DNA of 64,000 nucleotides, taken from the NCBI GenBank assembly GCA_036525535.1, contig DATDAH010000244.1, forward strand, positions 4,698 through 68,697. The letters run 5' to 3'. How positions within the stretch are numbered: position 1 is the stretch's first letter; every line of letters starts with the position of its first letter. A program made the translations under genes and the position numbers. The notes beneath the pieces were generated by a model, which was given only the letters and a program-made list of their open reading frames with translations, had not been told where the DNA came from and did no database searches. This document shows positions 1 to 9,341 of this stretch, piece after piece. This DNA comes from Acidimicrobiales bacterium (GTDB taxonomy: Bacteria; Actinomycetota; Acidimicrobiia; Acidimicrobiales; DATDAH01).

Positions 1-340
1 GCGTCAGGCCGGCCCGCCCCGTGTCGTCATCAGCCGCACCCGGCCCCCGGCCGAGGCGTTGGCCGTCGCCGAGGCCCTGAGCGGCGAGTTGGTCGAGATG
101 GGATCGGCTGGGGCCAAGGCGATGGCCGTGGTGCTCGGCGAGGTGGACGTCTACGTCCACTCCGGCGGCCAGTACGAGTGGGACTCCTGCGCCCCCGTCG
201 CCGTGGCCCGGGCGGCCGGCCTGCACACCAGCCGCATGGATGGCTCGCCGCTGGTCTACAACCAGGACGACGTGTACCTCCCCGACCTCCTCGTCTGCCG
301 GACCGAGTACGCCCAGCCGGTCCTCGACCTCCTGAACTAG
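1..340 (+). CDS. cysQ: 3'(2'),5'-bisphosphate nucleotidase / inositol monophosphatase family protein, C-terminal part (5' end outside window)
   Basis: The frame is open from the window edge. The tail ...[19 protein letters not shown]...[28 protein letters not shown] fits the IMPase/CysQ C-terminal WD-x-x-A motif region. It lies in the same neighbourhood as cysD/cysNC. Confidence 0.6.
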   Translation, partial: RQAGPPRVVISRTRPPAEALAVAEALSGELVEMGSAGAKAMAVVLGEVDVYVHSGGQYEWDSCAPVAVARAAGLHTSRMDGSPLVYNQDDVYLPDLLVCRTEYAQPVLDLLN

Positions 341-900
341 CCGGCGAGGGCGTGTGCGGCCCAGCCGAGATCGTTGATCCGCACGTCCACGTCGACGAAC
401 CCCGCCGCCTCGAGGCGCGGGCCCACCGCCGAGGGCTCGATCGGGTTGTAGATGTCGCCCTCGTGGAACGCCCGCAGGTCGTCGTCGGGGACGCTGTCGG
501 ACGCCACGAACGTCGCGCCGGGACGCAGGACGCGGCCCACCTCGGTGAACACCCGGGCCTGCAGCTCGCTGGTCGGCACGTGGTGGAGCATCGAGAAGGA
601 CACCGCACCGCTGAACCGATCGTCCTCGAACGGCATGTCGGTGGCGTCGGCGTTCACCACCTCGACGTTCGTACCCGCCAGCCGCTCGGCCAGCGCCGTC
701 GCCAGATCCGAGTCCAGCTCACAGCAGGTCAGCTTCGGGAGCTCGGCCATCAACAGGTCGGTGGTCATCCCCGGGCCCGGACCGACCTCCAGCACGTCGT
801 CGCCCAGCCGGGCGTCGGCGAGGGCGAAGGGCAGGATCAGGTCCCGCAGGGCCTCCTTCCACTCGGGACTGGCACAGACCTGCAGATGACCTTCGTTCAT
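337..900 (-). CDS. class I SAM-dependent methyltransferase
   Basis: 187-aa ORF with motif [13 protein letters not shown] and downstream methyltransferase-fold pattern ([27 protein letters not shown]). GC3-rich codons. Confidence 0.8.
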   Translation of the reverse strand: MNEGHLQVCASPEWKEALRDLILPFALADARLGDDVLEVGPGPGMTTDLLMAELPKLTCCELDSDLATALAERLAGTNVEVVNADATDMPFEDDRFSGAVSFSMLHHVPTSELQARVFTEVGRVLRPGATFVASDSVPDDDLRAFHEGDIYNPIEPSAVGPRLEAAGFVDVDVRINDLGWAAHALAG

Positions 901-935
901 GCCCGGACGCTACGCGGTGCGAGAAAGCTCGTCCG

Positions 936-1504
936 ATGGAGTTGAAGGTCGTCCGCTACGAGGTGGCCGACCGGGTCGCCACGATCACGCTGAACCGGCC
1001 CGACCGGCTGAACGCCTGGACGGGACGGGATGCACCACGAGTACCAGTGGGCGATGGCCGAGTCCGACCCGGAGGTGCGAGTGGTCGTCGGCACCGGAGC
1101 CGGCCGCGGCGTCTGTGCCGGGGCCGACGCCCGGGCAGCGGACGGCCATGTGGTCAAGGGCGCGTACGACAGCGGCGGCGTCGAGGACGAGATGCCCCGG
1201 CCGGGCCAGGGCGTGCGTCCGGAGCTCGACACGCCATCGCCTTCCACGTCGGCCTGACCGTGCCCGTCATCGCCGCCGTCAACGGGCCGGCCGCCGGGGT
1301 CGGGCTCGTTTTGGCCTGCTTCGCCGTATCCGCTTCGCCACGGCCGGGGCGAAGCTGACGACCTCTGCGCCCAGGTTGGCGCTGCCCGCCGAGTACGGCC
1401 TGTCCCGGGTGCTGCCTCGCCTGGTCGGCGCCGGCCACGCCGCCGCCCTGTTGTTAGCCACGCGGCGCCACTTCAGCCCTTTCGCGCTGGACGAACGGAT
1501 GGCA
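936..1504 (+). pseudogene. enoyl-CoA hydratase/isomerase (crotonase) pseudogene, multiple frameshifts and C-terminal truncation
   Basis: Crotonase-like sequence is split across three frames. MELKVVRYEVADRVATITLNRPDRLNAWTG spans 936-1025. MHHEYQWAMAESDPEVRVVVGTGAGRGVCAGAD starts at 1030. AFHVGLTVPVIAAVNGPAAGVGLVLACFA spans 1239-1325. IRFATAGAKLTTSAPRLALPAEYGLSRVLPRLVGAGHAAALLL runs from 1328 to about 1504. No C-terminal third follows. Confidence 0.7.
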
Positions 1505-1670
1505 CGTAGGCGGTGTGGTGCTCGCCCTCGGTCACTGGTGGCTTGGTGGCCGGCCTGTCGTCTATGGAGGCCACGCCCCGACGAGCAGCAGCCCGACCCC
1601 ACACCCCCCGTGGTTGCCATCGTTTCGCCCAGTCCGACGAGCCTCAGTGTCGGTCCCCGGCCCCAAGGCG

Positions 1671-2570
1671 TCAGCGGGGGGCGGGGTTGCCGTCGATGGT
1701 GGCGACGACGTAGTCGCTGCCGTTGGGGGCGGTGACGTAGATGCGGAAGATGAAGCGGTTGCTGAAGGGCAGGTCGCTGGTCACGATCACGTGGGTCACC
1801 TCACCCCGCGGGAGGTCGGCCCGCTCGGGAGCGGCGGCGACGAGGCCCGGCAGGGCGTCCCAGTCGACCCGGGTCATGCGGAAGGATTCGGCGTCGAGAT
1901 CGGTACCCGGGAATGGCTCGGCGGACTCAGGCCCCTGGACGGCGCCGTCCCGCCAACCGAACTCGAGGATCCGGTTCGGGTGATCGGGGTCGCGGACGTC
2001 GGCGAAGCCGTAGTCGGTGTAGAGGACGACCTCGACCGCCTTCGCCCCGTCGCCGGCGGCGTCGATCCAGGCGTCGACCGCAGGCCGCGGGTCGTTGCGG
2101 AGCAGGTCCGGCGCGGGGGACGGGTCTTCGTCGCCCGGCTCCTCGTCATCGCCCGGCTCGCCCTCGTCGCCATCCTCGCCTTCGTCGGGCTCCTCCGCGT
2201 CGGGAACGCCGTCGTCATCGTCATCCGGGTCGTCGGCGTCGGGCACGCCGTCGGCGTCGTCATCCGGGTCGTCGGCGTCGGGCACGCCGTCGGCGTCGGC
2301 GTCGGGCTTGTCGACCGGATCTTGGTCGTCCTCAGCCCGCTCGGCCGTCTCAATCGGCTCGTCGGACTGGTCGTCGGTCGCCACCTCAGCGGCGTCCTCT
2401 TCGTCGCCACTGTCGTCGCTGCTGGCGACGAGGAGGAGCGCCCCGGCCGCGACCGCCGCGAGCACGATGACGGCGACGAGGAGGAACAGGATCTTGGGGG
2501 CAGCCGACGGTCGAGGCGGGCCCGTCGGGTCGAACGGATCGCCGGGGTCCATCGGATTCATGGGATCCAC
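1671..2570 (-). CDS. membrane-anchored hypothetical protein with acidic D/E/P-rich repeat linker
   Basis: 299-aa ORF with one hydrophobic span (ILFLLVAVIVLAAVAAGALLLVA). A linker of roughly 110 residues is D/E/P-rich and contains 13-aa repeats (DGVPDADDPDDDA). A non-repetitive C-terminal domain follows. No family recognised. Confidence 0.6.
   Translation of the reverse strand: MDPMNPMDPGDPFDPTGPPRPSAAPKILFLLVAVIVLAAVAAGALLLVASSDDSGDEEDAAEVATDDQSDEPIETAERAEDDQDPVDKPDADADGVPDADDPDDDADGVPDADDPDDDDDGVPDAEEPDEGEDGDEGEPGDDEEPGDEDPSPAPDLLRNDPRPAVDAWIDAAGDGAKAVEVVLYTDYGFADVRDPDHPNRILEFGWRDGAVQGPESAEPFPGTDLDAESFRMTRVDWDALPGLVAAAPERADLPRGEVTHVIVTSDLPFSNRFIFRIYVTAPNGSDYVVATIDGNPAPR
2221..2298. repeat. 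perfect 39-bp tandem duplication (2 copies) inside the acidic linker coding region
   Basis: tcatccgggtcgtcggcgtcgggcacgccgtcggcgtcg occurs at 2221-2259 and again at 2260-2298. A degenerate third copy lies upstream. The repeat is in frame and encodes 13 aa per unit. Confidence 0.9.
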
Positions 2571-2626
2571 GTCGCCATCTGAGCACAGGCGGTGCGATCC
2601 GCTGCCGCTCCCGCCACCCTTACGGC

Positions 2627-4267
2627 GTGAATCGACCGGCGGACCTCTCCTGGGGCGTCTTCAGCGACCGCGCCCCGTGGGTCCTGGCCGACGAACCGCA
2701 GGCCTGGCAAGCCCATCTCCACCTCGTCCGGGAGGCCACCCGCCGCTCCGCGCCCGAGCTGGCCCGGCCCCGCAAGGTGCCGCCGCTGGGCCGCCTGGCC
2801 ACCGTGACCCGCCACCTGGGCGTCGGCGTCGCCCGCTGGGCCGCCACCGACCGCCGCGACCCCGACCGCTCCGTCGCCGGGCTCTCGCTCCGCCTCCGCA
2901 TCGCCGCCGAGGCCCTCGGCCCCACCTACATCAAGCTGGGCCAGATCATCTCCTCCGGCGAGGGCATCTTCCCCGACGAGCTGGTCGACGAGTTCAAGCG
3001 CTGCCGTGACCGGGTCCGGGCCGAACCGTTCGCCGACGTCCGCCGGGTCGTCGAGGAGGACCTCGGTCGCCCGCTCGAAGCCGTGTTCGCCGCCTTCGAC
3101 CGCGAGCCCCTGGCCGCCGCCTCGATCGCCCAGGTCCACGCCGCCACCCTGCGCAGCGGCGAGTCGGTCGTGGTCAAGGTGCAGCGCCCCCAGGTCGCGA
3201 CCCTGGTCCAGGAGGACCTGCGGGTCATGGCCTGGTTGGCCCCCCTGTTCGTCGGCCGCATCCCGGTCGCCGCCCTGGCCAACCCACCGGCCCTGGTCGA
3301 GCTCTTCGCCGAGACCATCGTGGAGGAGCTGGACTTCCGCCTCGAGGCCGAGAACATGCTCGACGTCTCCCGTTCGATGCGCGAGCTCGGCCAGCAGGCC
3401 TACGTCATCCCCCGCCCCCACCCGGAGTTGGTGACCCGCCGGGTCCTGGTGATGGAGCGCCTGTCGGGCTTCGCCCTCGACGAGGTCGATGCCATGAAGG
3501 CGGCCGGCGTCGACCTGATGGCCCTCATCCGCACCGGGATCATCGGCTTCCTCGAGGGGGCCATGTTCCACGGCGTCTTCCACGGCGACCTTCACGGCGG
3601 CAACCTCTTCGTCCAACCCGACGGCCGCACCGCGCTGCTCGACTTCGGCATCACCGGTCGGCTCGACGAACCACGGCGCCTGGCCTTCCTCAAGCTGCTC
3701 GCCGGCGGCAGCACCAATGACGTCCGGGTCCAGCTCCCCGCCCTGGCCGAGCTGGGCGCCCTGCCGCTGGACACCGACTTCGAGGCCCTCATCGCCGAGC
3801 TCGGCCTGGACGCCCCCGCCGTCGACCCCACCCAGATGGATCCCGACGAGATGGTGGGCGAGCTGCAGCGGGTGCTCAAGGCGCTGCTCGGCTACGGCGC
3901 CCGCATGCCCAAGGAGCTGATGCTTTTCGTCAAGAACATGGCCTTCAGCACCTCGATGGGCCAGACCCTGGCCCCCGACCTGGACATCCTCGAGCTGATC
4001 CAGCAGGTGATCGTCCACTTCGCGACCACCCACGGCGAGCGCATCGCCGCCGACCTCCAGCAGGAGTACGACCCCGACGCCTACCTGGCCGAGGTGAGCT
4101 TGGACGGCTACCGGGCCTCGCTCGGCATGCCCGACGCCGAAGCCATCACGCTGGCCGAGCTCCAGGCGCGCCGCCGCCTCATCCGTGACCGCCTCTCCAA
4201 GCGAAGCCGCAAAGGCGGCACCCATTACACGCCAACTGGCCCGGAAAAGGACCCCGTGGGAAGATGA
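2627..4267 (+). CDS. ABC1/UbiB (AarF) atypical kinase family protein
   Basis: 546-aa ORF with family signatures [46 protein letters not shown] and LLDFGITG. Its stop overlaps the cysD start (ATGA at 4264-4267). Confidence 0.85.
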   Translation: MNRPADLSWGVFSDRAPWVLADEPQAWQAHLHLVREATRRSAPELARPRKVPPLGRLATVTRHLGVGVARWAATDRRDPDRSVAGLSLRLRIAAEALGPTYIKLGQIISSGEGIFPDELVDEFKRCRDRVRAEPFADVRRVVEEDLGRPLEAVFAAFDREPLAAASIAQVHAATLRSGESVVVKVQRPQVATLVQEDLRVMAWLAPLFVGRIPVAALANPPALVELFAETIVEELDFRLEAENMLDVSRSMRELGQQAYVIPRPHPELVTRRVLVMERLSGFALDEVDAMKAAGVDLMALIRTGIIGFLEGAMFHGVFHGDLHGGNLFVQPDGRTALLDFGITGRLDEPRRLAFLKLLAGGSTNDVRVQLPALAELGALPLDTDFEALIAELGLDAPAVDPTQMDPDEMVGELQRVLKALLGYGARMPKELMLFVKNMAFSTSMGQTLAPDLDILELIQQVIVHFATTHGERIAADLQQEYDPDAYLAEVSLDGYRASLGMPDAEAITLAELQARRRLIRDRLSKRSRKGGTHYTPTGPEKDPVGR

Positions 4268-5202
4268 CCCCTTCCATGACCGCAGACGCCCTCCCTGACG
4301 CGCCTCGCCGCACGCACCTCCAGCAGCTCGAAGACGAGAGCATCCACATCATCCGTGAGGTGGTGGCTCAGTTCGAACGGCCGGTGATGCTCTACAGCAT
4401 CGGCAAGGATTCCGGGGTCATGCTCCGGTTGGCCGAGAAGGCCTTCCACCCCGGCAAGCTGCCGTTCCCCCTGCTGCACGTGGACACCACGTGGAAGTTC
4501 AAGGACATGATCGCCCACCGCAACCGAATGGCCGAGGAGCTGGGCGTGGAGCTGATCGTCCACACGAACCAGGACGGCGTGGCCACCGGCATCAACCCCT
4601 TCGACCACGGCTCCAAGAACTACACGGACATCATGAAGACCCAGGCCCTCAAGCAGGCCCTGGACGCCGGAGGCTACGACGCCGCCTTCGGTGGCGCCCG
4701 TCGCGACGAGGAGAAGTCCCGGGCCAAGGAACGGGTCTTCTCGTTCCGGGACAAGCACCACCGCTGGGACCCCAAGAACCAACGCCCCGAGCTGTGGAGC
4801 TTCTACAACGGGCGGGTCCACCCCGGTGAGAGCATCCGGGTCTTCCCGCTGTCGAACTGGACCGAGCTCGACATCTGGCAGTACATCTGGCTCGAGGAGA
4901 TCCCGCTGGTGCCGCTCTACTACTCGGCCCTCCGCCCGACGGTCGAGCGGGACGGGACGCTGATCATGGTCGACGACGACCGCTTCCGCTTCGAGCCCGG
5001 CGAGGAGCCCGTCGACCGGATGATCCGCTTCCGCACCCTGGGCTGCTACCCGCTCTCCGGCGCCGTCGAGTCCACCGCCACCACCCTCCCCCAGATCATC
5101 CAGGAGATGCTGTTGGCCACTCGCTCCGAGCGGGAGGGCCGGGTCATCGACCACGACCAGGCCGGCTCCATGGAGGAGAAGAAGAAGGAGGGGTACTTCT
5201 AG
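4264..5202 (+). CDS. cysD: sulfate adenylyltransferase subunit 2
   Basis: 312 aa with [15 protein letters not shown]...[15 protein letters not shown]...[10 protein letters not shown], a full-length CysD pattern. cysN follows immediately. Confidence 0.9.
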   Translation: MTPSMTADALPDAPRRTHLQQLEDESIHIIREVVAQFERPVMLYSIGKDSGVMLRLAEKAFHPGKLPFPLLHVDTTWKFKDMIAHRNRMAEELGVELIVHTNQDGVATGINPFDHGSKNYTDIMKTQALKQALDAGGYDAAFGGARRDEEKSRAKERVFSFRDKHHRWDPKNQRPELWSFYNGRVHPGESIRVFPLSNWTELDIWQYIWLEEIPLVPLYYSALRPTVERDGTLIMVDDDRFRFEPGEEPVDRMIRFRTLGCYPLSGAVESTATTLPQIIQEMLLATRSEREGRVIDHDQAGSMEEKKKEGYF

Positions 5203-7122
5203 ATGTCGCACCAGTCCGAGCTGATCGCCACCGACATCGAGGCGTACCTGGCCGAGCACGAACAGAAGGACCTGCTCCGCTTCCTGACCTGCGGGTCGGT
5301 GGACGACGGCAAGTCGACCCTGATCGGCCGCCTCCTGCACGACTCCCATCTGCTCTACGAGGACCAGTTGGCCGCGGTGGAAGCCGAGTCGACGACCATG
5401 GGGTCCGCCGGCGGTGAGCTGGACCTGGCCCTGCTCATGGACGGCTTGAAGGCCGAGCGGGAGCAGGGCATCACCATCGACGTCGCCTACCGCTACTTCT
5501 CGACCTCGCGGCGCAAGTTCATCATCGCCGACACCCCGGGCCACGAGCAGTACACCCGCAACATGGTCACGGGAGCCTCGACCTGCGATCTGGCCATCAT
5601 CCTGGTGGACGCCCGGCACGGCGTGCAGGCCCAGACCAAGCGCCACAGTTACCTGACCTCGCTCCTCGGCATCGAGAACACGGTCGTGGCCATCAACAAG
5701 ATGGACCTCGTCGACCACTCGAAAGAGCGCTTCGAGGAGATCCGGGACCACTACCTCGAGTTCGCCGAGCGCCTCGACCTGAAGAAGGCGCCGTGGTTCA
5801 TCCCCATCTCCGCCCTGAAGGGCGACTGGGTGGTCGACCCCGGCACGAACATGACCTGGTTCGACGGCCCGACCCTCATGGAGCACCTCGAGACCGTGCC
5901 GGTCACGGTGCCCGAGGACGGCGACCTGCGCTTCCCGGTCCAGCTGGTGCGGCGCCCGGACCTGACCTTTCGGGGCTTCGCCGGCACGGTCGCCTCCGGT
6001 GTCGTCCACCCCGGCGACGAGGTCATGGTCCTGCCCTCAGGCGTGGTCACGACCGTGGATCGCCTGGTCACGTTCAACGGCGACCTCGACGAGGCCGGCC
6101 CCGGCACCGCCCTCACCATGACCTTGACCGACGAGGTCGACGTGTCCCGGGGCGACGTGCTCGTCCACCCCGAGCGCCGGCCGCAACGCAGCCACGAGGT
6201 CGACGCCATGGTCGTGTGGATGAGCGAGACCGACATGGCCCCGGGCAAGGAGTACCTGGTCCAGCAGGCCAACCGGATCGTCCCGGGCCGCATCACCACG
6301 ATGGCCCACCGCATCGACATCAACACCCTCGAGCCCGAGGCCGCCGCCGGCCTGGCCGTCAACGAGATCGGGCGCTGCACGGTCACCTGCGACCAGCAGC
6401 TGCTCTTCGACGCCTACGAGCGCAACCGCACGACGGGCGCGTTCATCCTGGTCGACCGCCTGAGCAACGCCACGATGGCGGCGGGCATGATCCTGCCCCA
6501 GGACTCGGCCTGGGACGTCCAGCCCGACGAGCACCTGCAGCGCCATTTGAGCCAGATCACGGTGGCTGAGCGGGAGAGCCGCTACGGCCAGCGCCCGTGC
6601 ACCGTCCTGCTGACCGGGCTCACGGGGGCCGGGAAGTCGACGACGGCGGTCGCCCTCGAGCGCCGCCTGTTCGACGCCGGCCGAGCGACGTTGCGCATCG
6701 ACGGCGAGGACCTGCGTCTGGGCATGAGCCGCGACCTCGGCTTCAGCGCCCAGGAACGCTCGGAGAACCTGCGCCGCATGGCCGAGGTGGCCCGCCTGGC
6801 CAACGAGTCCGGGATCATCGTGATCGCCGCCTTTGCCGCCCCCAAGGCCGACGTCCGCGACCGGGCCCGGGAGCTGGTCGGCCCCGAGCGCTTCCTGATC
6901 GTCCACCTCGACGCCCCGGTGGAGGTCGCCCGCCAGCGGGATCCCGAGGGCCTCTACGAGGCTGCGGACCGGGGCGAGATCCCGCAGTTCCCCGGCGTCT
7001 CCGCGACCTACGACGTCCCCGAGAACCCGGACCTGACCCTCGACACCGCCACCGTCGACCAGGCCGACAACGTCGAGCGCATCATCGACCTCCTCACCGA
7101 ACGCGGCTTCCTCACCCCCTGA
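5203..7122 (+). CDS. cysNC: bifunctional sulfate adenylyltransferase subunit 1 / adenylylsulfate kinase
   Basis: 639 aa. The N-terminal GTPase-like domain has GSVDDGKST, DTPGHEQY and NKMD. The C-terminal APS kinase domain has the LTGLTGAGKST P-loop. Confidence 0.9.
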   Translation: MSHQSELIATDIEAYLAEHEQKDLLRFLTCGSVDDGKSTLIGRLLHDSHLLYEDQLAAVEAESTTMGSAGGELDLALLMDGLKAEREQGITIDVAYRYFSTSRRKFIIADTPGHEQYTRNMVTGASTCDLAIILVDARHGVQAQTKRHSYLTSLLGIENTVVAINKMDLVDHSKERFEEIRDHYLEFAERLDLKKAPWFIPISALKGDWVVDPGTNMTWFDGPTLMEHLETVPVTVPEDGDLRFPVQLVRRPDLTFRGFAGTVASGVVHPGDEVMVLPSGVVTTVDRLVTFNGDLDEAGPGTALTMTLTDEVDVSRGDVLVHPERRPQRSHEVDAMVVWMSETDMAPGKEYLVQQANRIVPGRITTMAHRIDINTLEPEAAAGLAVNEIGRCTVTCDQQLLFDAYERNRTTGAFILVDRLSNATMAAGMILPQDSAWDVQPDEHLQRHLSQITVAERESRYGQRPCTVLLTGLTGAGKSTTAVALERRLFDAGRATLRIDGEDLRLGMSRDLGFSAQERSENLRRMAEVARLANESGIIVIAAFAAPKADVRDRARELVGPERFLIVHLDAPVEVARQRDPEGLYEAADRGEIPQFPGVSATYDVPENPDLTLDTATVDQADNVERIIDLLTERGFLTP

Positions 7123-7134
7123 CCCGTTCTGGCC
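7123..7134 (+). repeat. stop-proximal CCCGTTCTGGCC motif copy
   Basis: It starts directly after the cysNC TGA. It shares GTTCTGGCC with copies at 30595-30603, 35507-35515 and (minus strand) 30636-30644. Confidence 0.5.
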
Positions 7135-7178
7135 GGTGATCTGGCAGCTATGACGACGAGATCAACGGCTTGACCAGG

Positions 7179-7847
7179 TCAGTCGTCGGGGGCGTCGACG
7201 GTGATGTCGAACGAGGCCAGGAACGCCAGGGCGAACGACACGACCTGATCGGGGCTGAGGACGATGTCGCGCAGGCCGCCGATGCCACCCAGCTCGTGGA
7301 CGGTCGAGCGTTCCAGCCGCAGGGCCGTGACCACGGCCCTCGAGAACTCCGCGCCCGTCAGGTCACACCCGAGGAACCCGGTCCGGCGGACGGTGGCGGC
7401 GTAGAAGTCAGCCCGGCGGAGGTCGCAGTCCAGGAACTCGGCGTGGTCGATCTCCGCCATCCGGAACCAGGCGTCATCGAGGCGATCGTCGACGAAGCTG
7501 ACCTCCTCCGCTTGGAGATCGGCGGTCGAGAGGCCGGACATCCGGCAGTCCTCGAACCGGACCCGCCGGAGCTTCGTCGCGCCCAAGGTCACCCCGGACA
7601 GCTCGCAGCCCACCAAGGTGACGTCCTCGAGGACCAGCCGGTCGAAGGAGGACGCCGTCAACCGCACCCCGTCGAGCCGGCAGCCGGCGAGGGTGAGCCC
7701 GTCGAGCGAGCCCCCGACGAGCTCGCCAGTGAGGAGCGCGTCCTCGACCTCGTCCCCACTGGTCAGGTCGGAGAACGCGACCGCGTCGAGGTCGCCGGCG
7801 ACCTCAGGCGGGTCCACGGGAGCGGGACCGCCCGCGGGCGGGGTCAA
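7179..7847 (-). CDS. pentapeptide repeat-containing protein
   Basis: 222 aa with contiguous pentapeptide repeats over most of the length (…[50 protein letters not shown]…). The start is uncertain: TTG at 7847 or a GTG about 30 nt downstream. Confidence 0.8.
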   Translation of the reverse strand: MTPPAGGPAPVDPPEVAGDLDAVAFSDLTSGDEVEDALLTGELVGGSLDGLTLAGCRLDGVRLTASSFDRLVLEDVTLVGCELSGVTLGATKLRRVRFEDCRMSGLSTADLQAEEVSFVDDRLDDAWFRMAEIDHAEFLDCDLRRADFYAATVRRTGFLGCDLTGAEFSRAVVTALRLERSTVHELGGIGGLRDIVLSPDQVVSFALAFLASFDITVDAPDD

Positions 7848-8017
7848 TCGACGGTGATCTGGCCGGTGACGGGGAACTCCTTGCGGACGACGAGGCGGTC
7901 GGTGTCCTCGGCCACCGACTCGTAGCCCAGCTCCGCGTAGCTCTCCTTCACCCCGTCGAGCTGGGTGATGGGGATGTCCACGATGGTGAGGTACTCCCAG
8001 CGCTCCGAGATGTGCAT
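7844..8017 (-). CDS. small hypothetical protein (57 aa), not in ORF track
   Basis: ATG at 8017. Translation is [57 protein letters not shown]. It has GC3-rich codons and a balanced composition unlike shadow ORFs. Its TGA overlaps the TTG start of the pentapeptide gene (TTGA). Confidence 0.45.
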   Translation of the reverse strand: MHISERWEYLTIVDIPITQLDGVKESYAELGYESVAEDTDRLVVRKEFPVTGQITVD

Positions 8018-8056
8018 GGGGCGAGCGTAGGCACCGCAGGCCTACGCTCGCCCGCC

Positions 8057-8716
8057 GTGAGGCTCGTGATCGCCCGGTGCCAGGTGGACTACGAAGGCCG
8101 GCTCACGGCGCACTTGCCGATGGCCCCCCGCCTGATCATGGTGAAGGCCGACGGGTGCGTCGCCATCCACGCCGACGGCGGCGCGTACAAGCCGCTGAAC
8201 TGGATGAACGCGCCCAACACGCTCGTCGAAGGCGACGGGGTGTGGACCGTGACCAGCCCCAAGGGCGAGCAGCTGATCATCACCATGGAGGAGATCCTGT
8301 CGGATTCGGCCCACGAGCTGGGGATCGACCCGGGCCTGACCAAGGACGGGGTCGAGGCCCATCTCCAGGAGCTGCTGGCCCTCGATTGCAACCGCATCGA
8401 GAACGGGTTCAAGCTCGTCCGTCGGGAGTGGCCGACCGACATCGGCCCGGTCGACCTCCTCTGCCGGGACGCCGACGGGCAAGCCGTGGCCGTGGAGGTC
8501 AAGCGCCGCGGCGAGATCGACGGGGTCGAGCAGCTGTCCCGCTACGTCGAGCGGATGGACCGGGACCCGTCCCTCCGCCCGGTACGCGGCGTCTTCGTCG
8601 CTCAGGTGATCAAGCCACAGGCAAAAGTCCTGGCCGAGTCCCGGGGCATAGCCTGCGTCGAGGTCGACTACGACGAGCTGCGAGGCATCGAGCGCAACGA
8701 GCTGAAGCTGTTCTGA
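8057..8716 (+). CDS. nucS: endonuclease NucS (EndoMS)
   Basis: [33 protein letters not shown]... matches the NucS family N-terminus. The nuclease half contains [24 protein letters not shown] at 8057 is preferred over the ORF-track start at 8012. Confidence 0.85.
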   Translation: MRLVIARCQVDYEGRLTAHLPMAPRLIMVKADGCVAIHADGGAYKPLNWMNAPNTLVEGDGVWTVTSPKGEQLIITMEEILSDSAHELGIDPGLTKDGVEAHLQELLALDCNRIENGFKLVRREWPTDIGPVDLLCRDADGQAVAVEVKRRGEIDGVEQLSRYVERMDRDPSLRPVRGVFVAQVIKPQAKVLAESRGIACVEVDYDELRGIERNELKLF

Positions 8717-8735
8717 CCGGAGAAGGGGGACCGCC

Positions 8736-9296
8736 ATGGCGGACGTGAGGAGCTGGTTGAAGGATGCGGCAGCAGGCTTCGGCTCCTGCCTGGAGGGCGT
8801 GGCCGACGAACAGTGGTCCTCGCCCACCCCCGACGCCGAATGGGACGTGCGGGCGTTGGTGGCCCACGTCGTGGACGAGCAGCTCTGGGCGCCCCCGCTG
8901 CTGGCCGGCCGCACCATCGACGACATCGGTGACGAGATCCCATCGGACCCGTTGGGCGACGACAGCGTCGCCGCCCAGCGCGACGCGACCGCCGCGATGG
9001 TGGACGCCCTGGAGGACCTCGATCTCGACGCCACCGTTCACCTGTCCTTCGGTGACGTGCCGGCCCAGGAGTACCTGATGCAGCTGTTCGCCGACCACCT
9101 GATCCACACGTGGGACCTGGCCCGGGCCACGGGCCAGCCCGAACGGCTGGATCCCGAGCTGGTGGCCGTGTGTGCCACCTGGTTCGTCGGACGGGAGGAC
9201 CTCTACCGCCAGAGCGGGGCCATCGGCCCGGCCGTGACCGTCGAGGGCGGCGACGCCCAGTCCGAGCTCCTGGGCCGCTTCGGCCGGCGCCCCTAG
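8736..9296 (+). CDS. DinB/MDMPI_N-like metal-binding protein (TIGR03086-like)
   Basis: 186 aa with W..PTP..EWDVRALVAHVVDE... and DHLIHTWDLARA, the pattern of actinobacterial mycothiol-maleylpyruvate-isomerase N-terminal-domain proteins. Confidence 0.6.
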   Translation: MADVRSWLKDAAAGFGSCLEGVADEQWSSPTPDAEWDVRALVAHVVDEQLWAPPLLAGRTIDDIGDEIPSDPLGDDSVAAQRDATAAMVDALEDLDLDATVHLSFGDVPAQEYLMQLFADHLIHTWDLARATGQPERLDPELVAVCATWFVGREDLYRQSGAIGPAVTVEGGDAQSELLGRFGRRP

Positions 9297-9341
9297 CCCG
9301 ACGAAAGACGTTCTCCGCGTGAAGGGATAGACATCCCCTCC

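Noticed and set aside
2197-2298. Tandem repeats considered as a possible CRISPR or minisatellite.
   Set aside because: There are only two to three contiguous units with no spacers. They are in frame within a coding acidic linker, so this is not a CRISPR array.
2558-4225. Very long antisense ORFs opposite real genes. Examples are 2558-4225, 4225-6009, 8610-10271, 19959-21602, 32084-33802, 34532-36655, 42899-45214 and 58628-60088.
   Set aside because: These are typical shadow ORFs of GC-rich DNA. Their products are R/G/P/A/H-rich with no motifs. The opposite strand encodes clear family members with GC3-biased codons.
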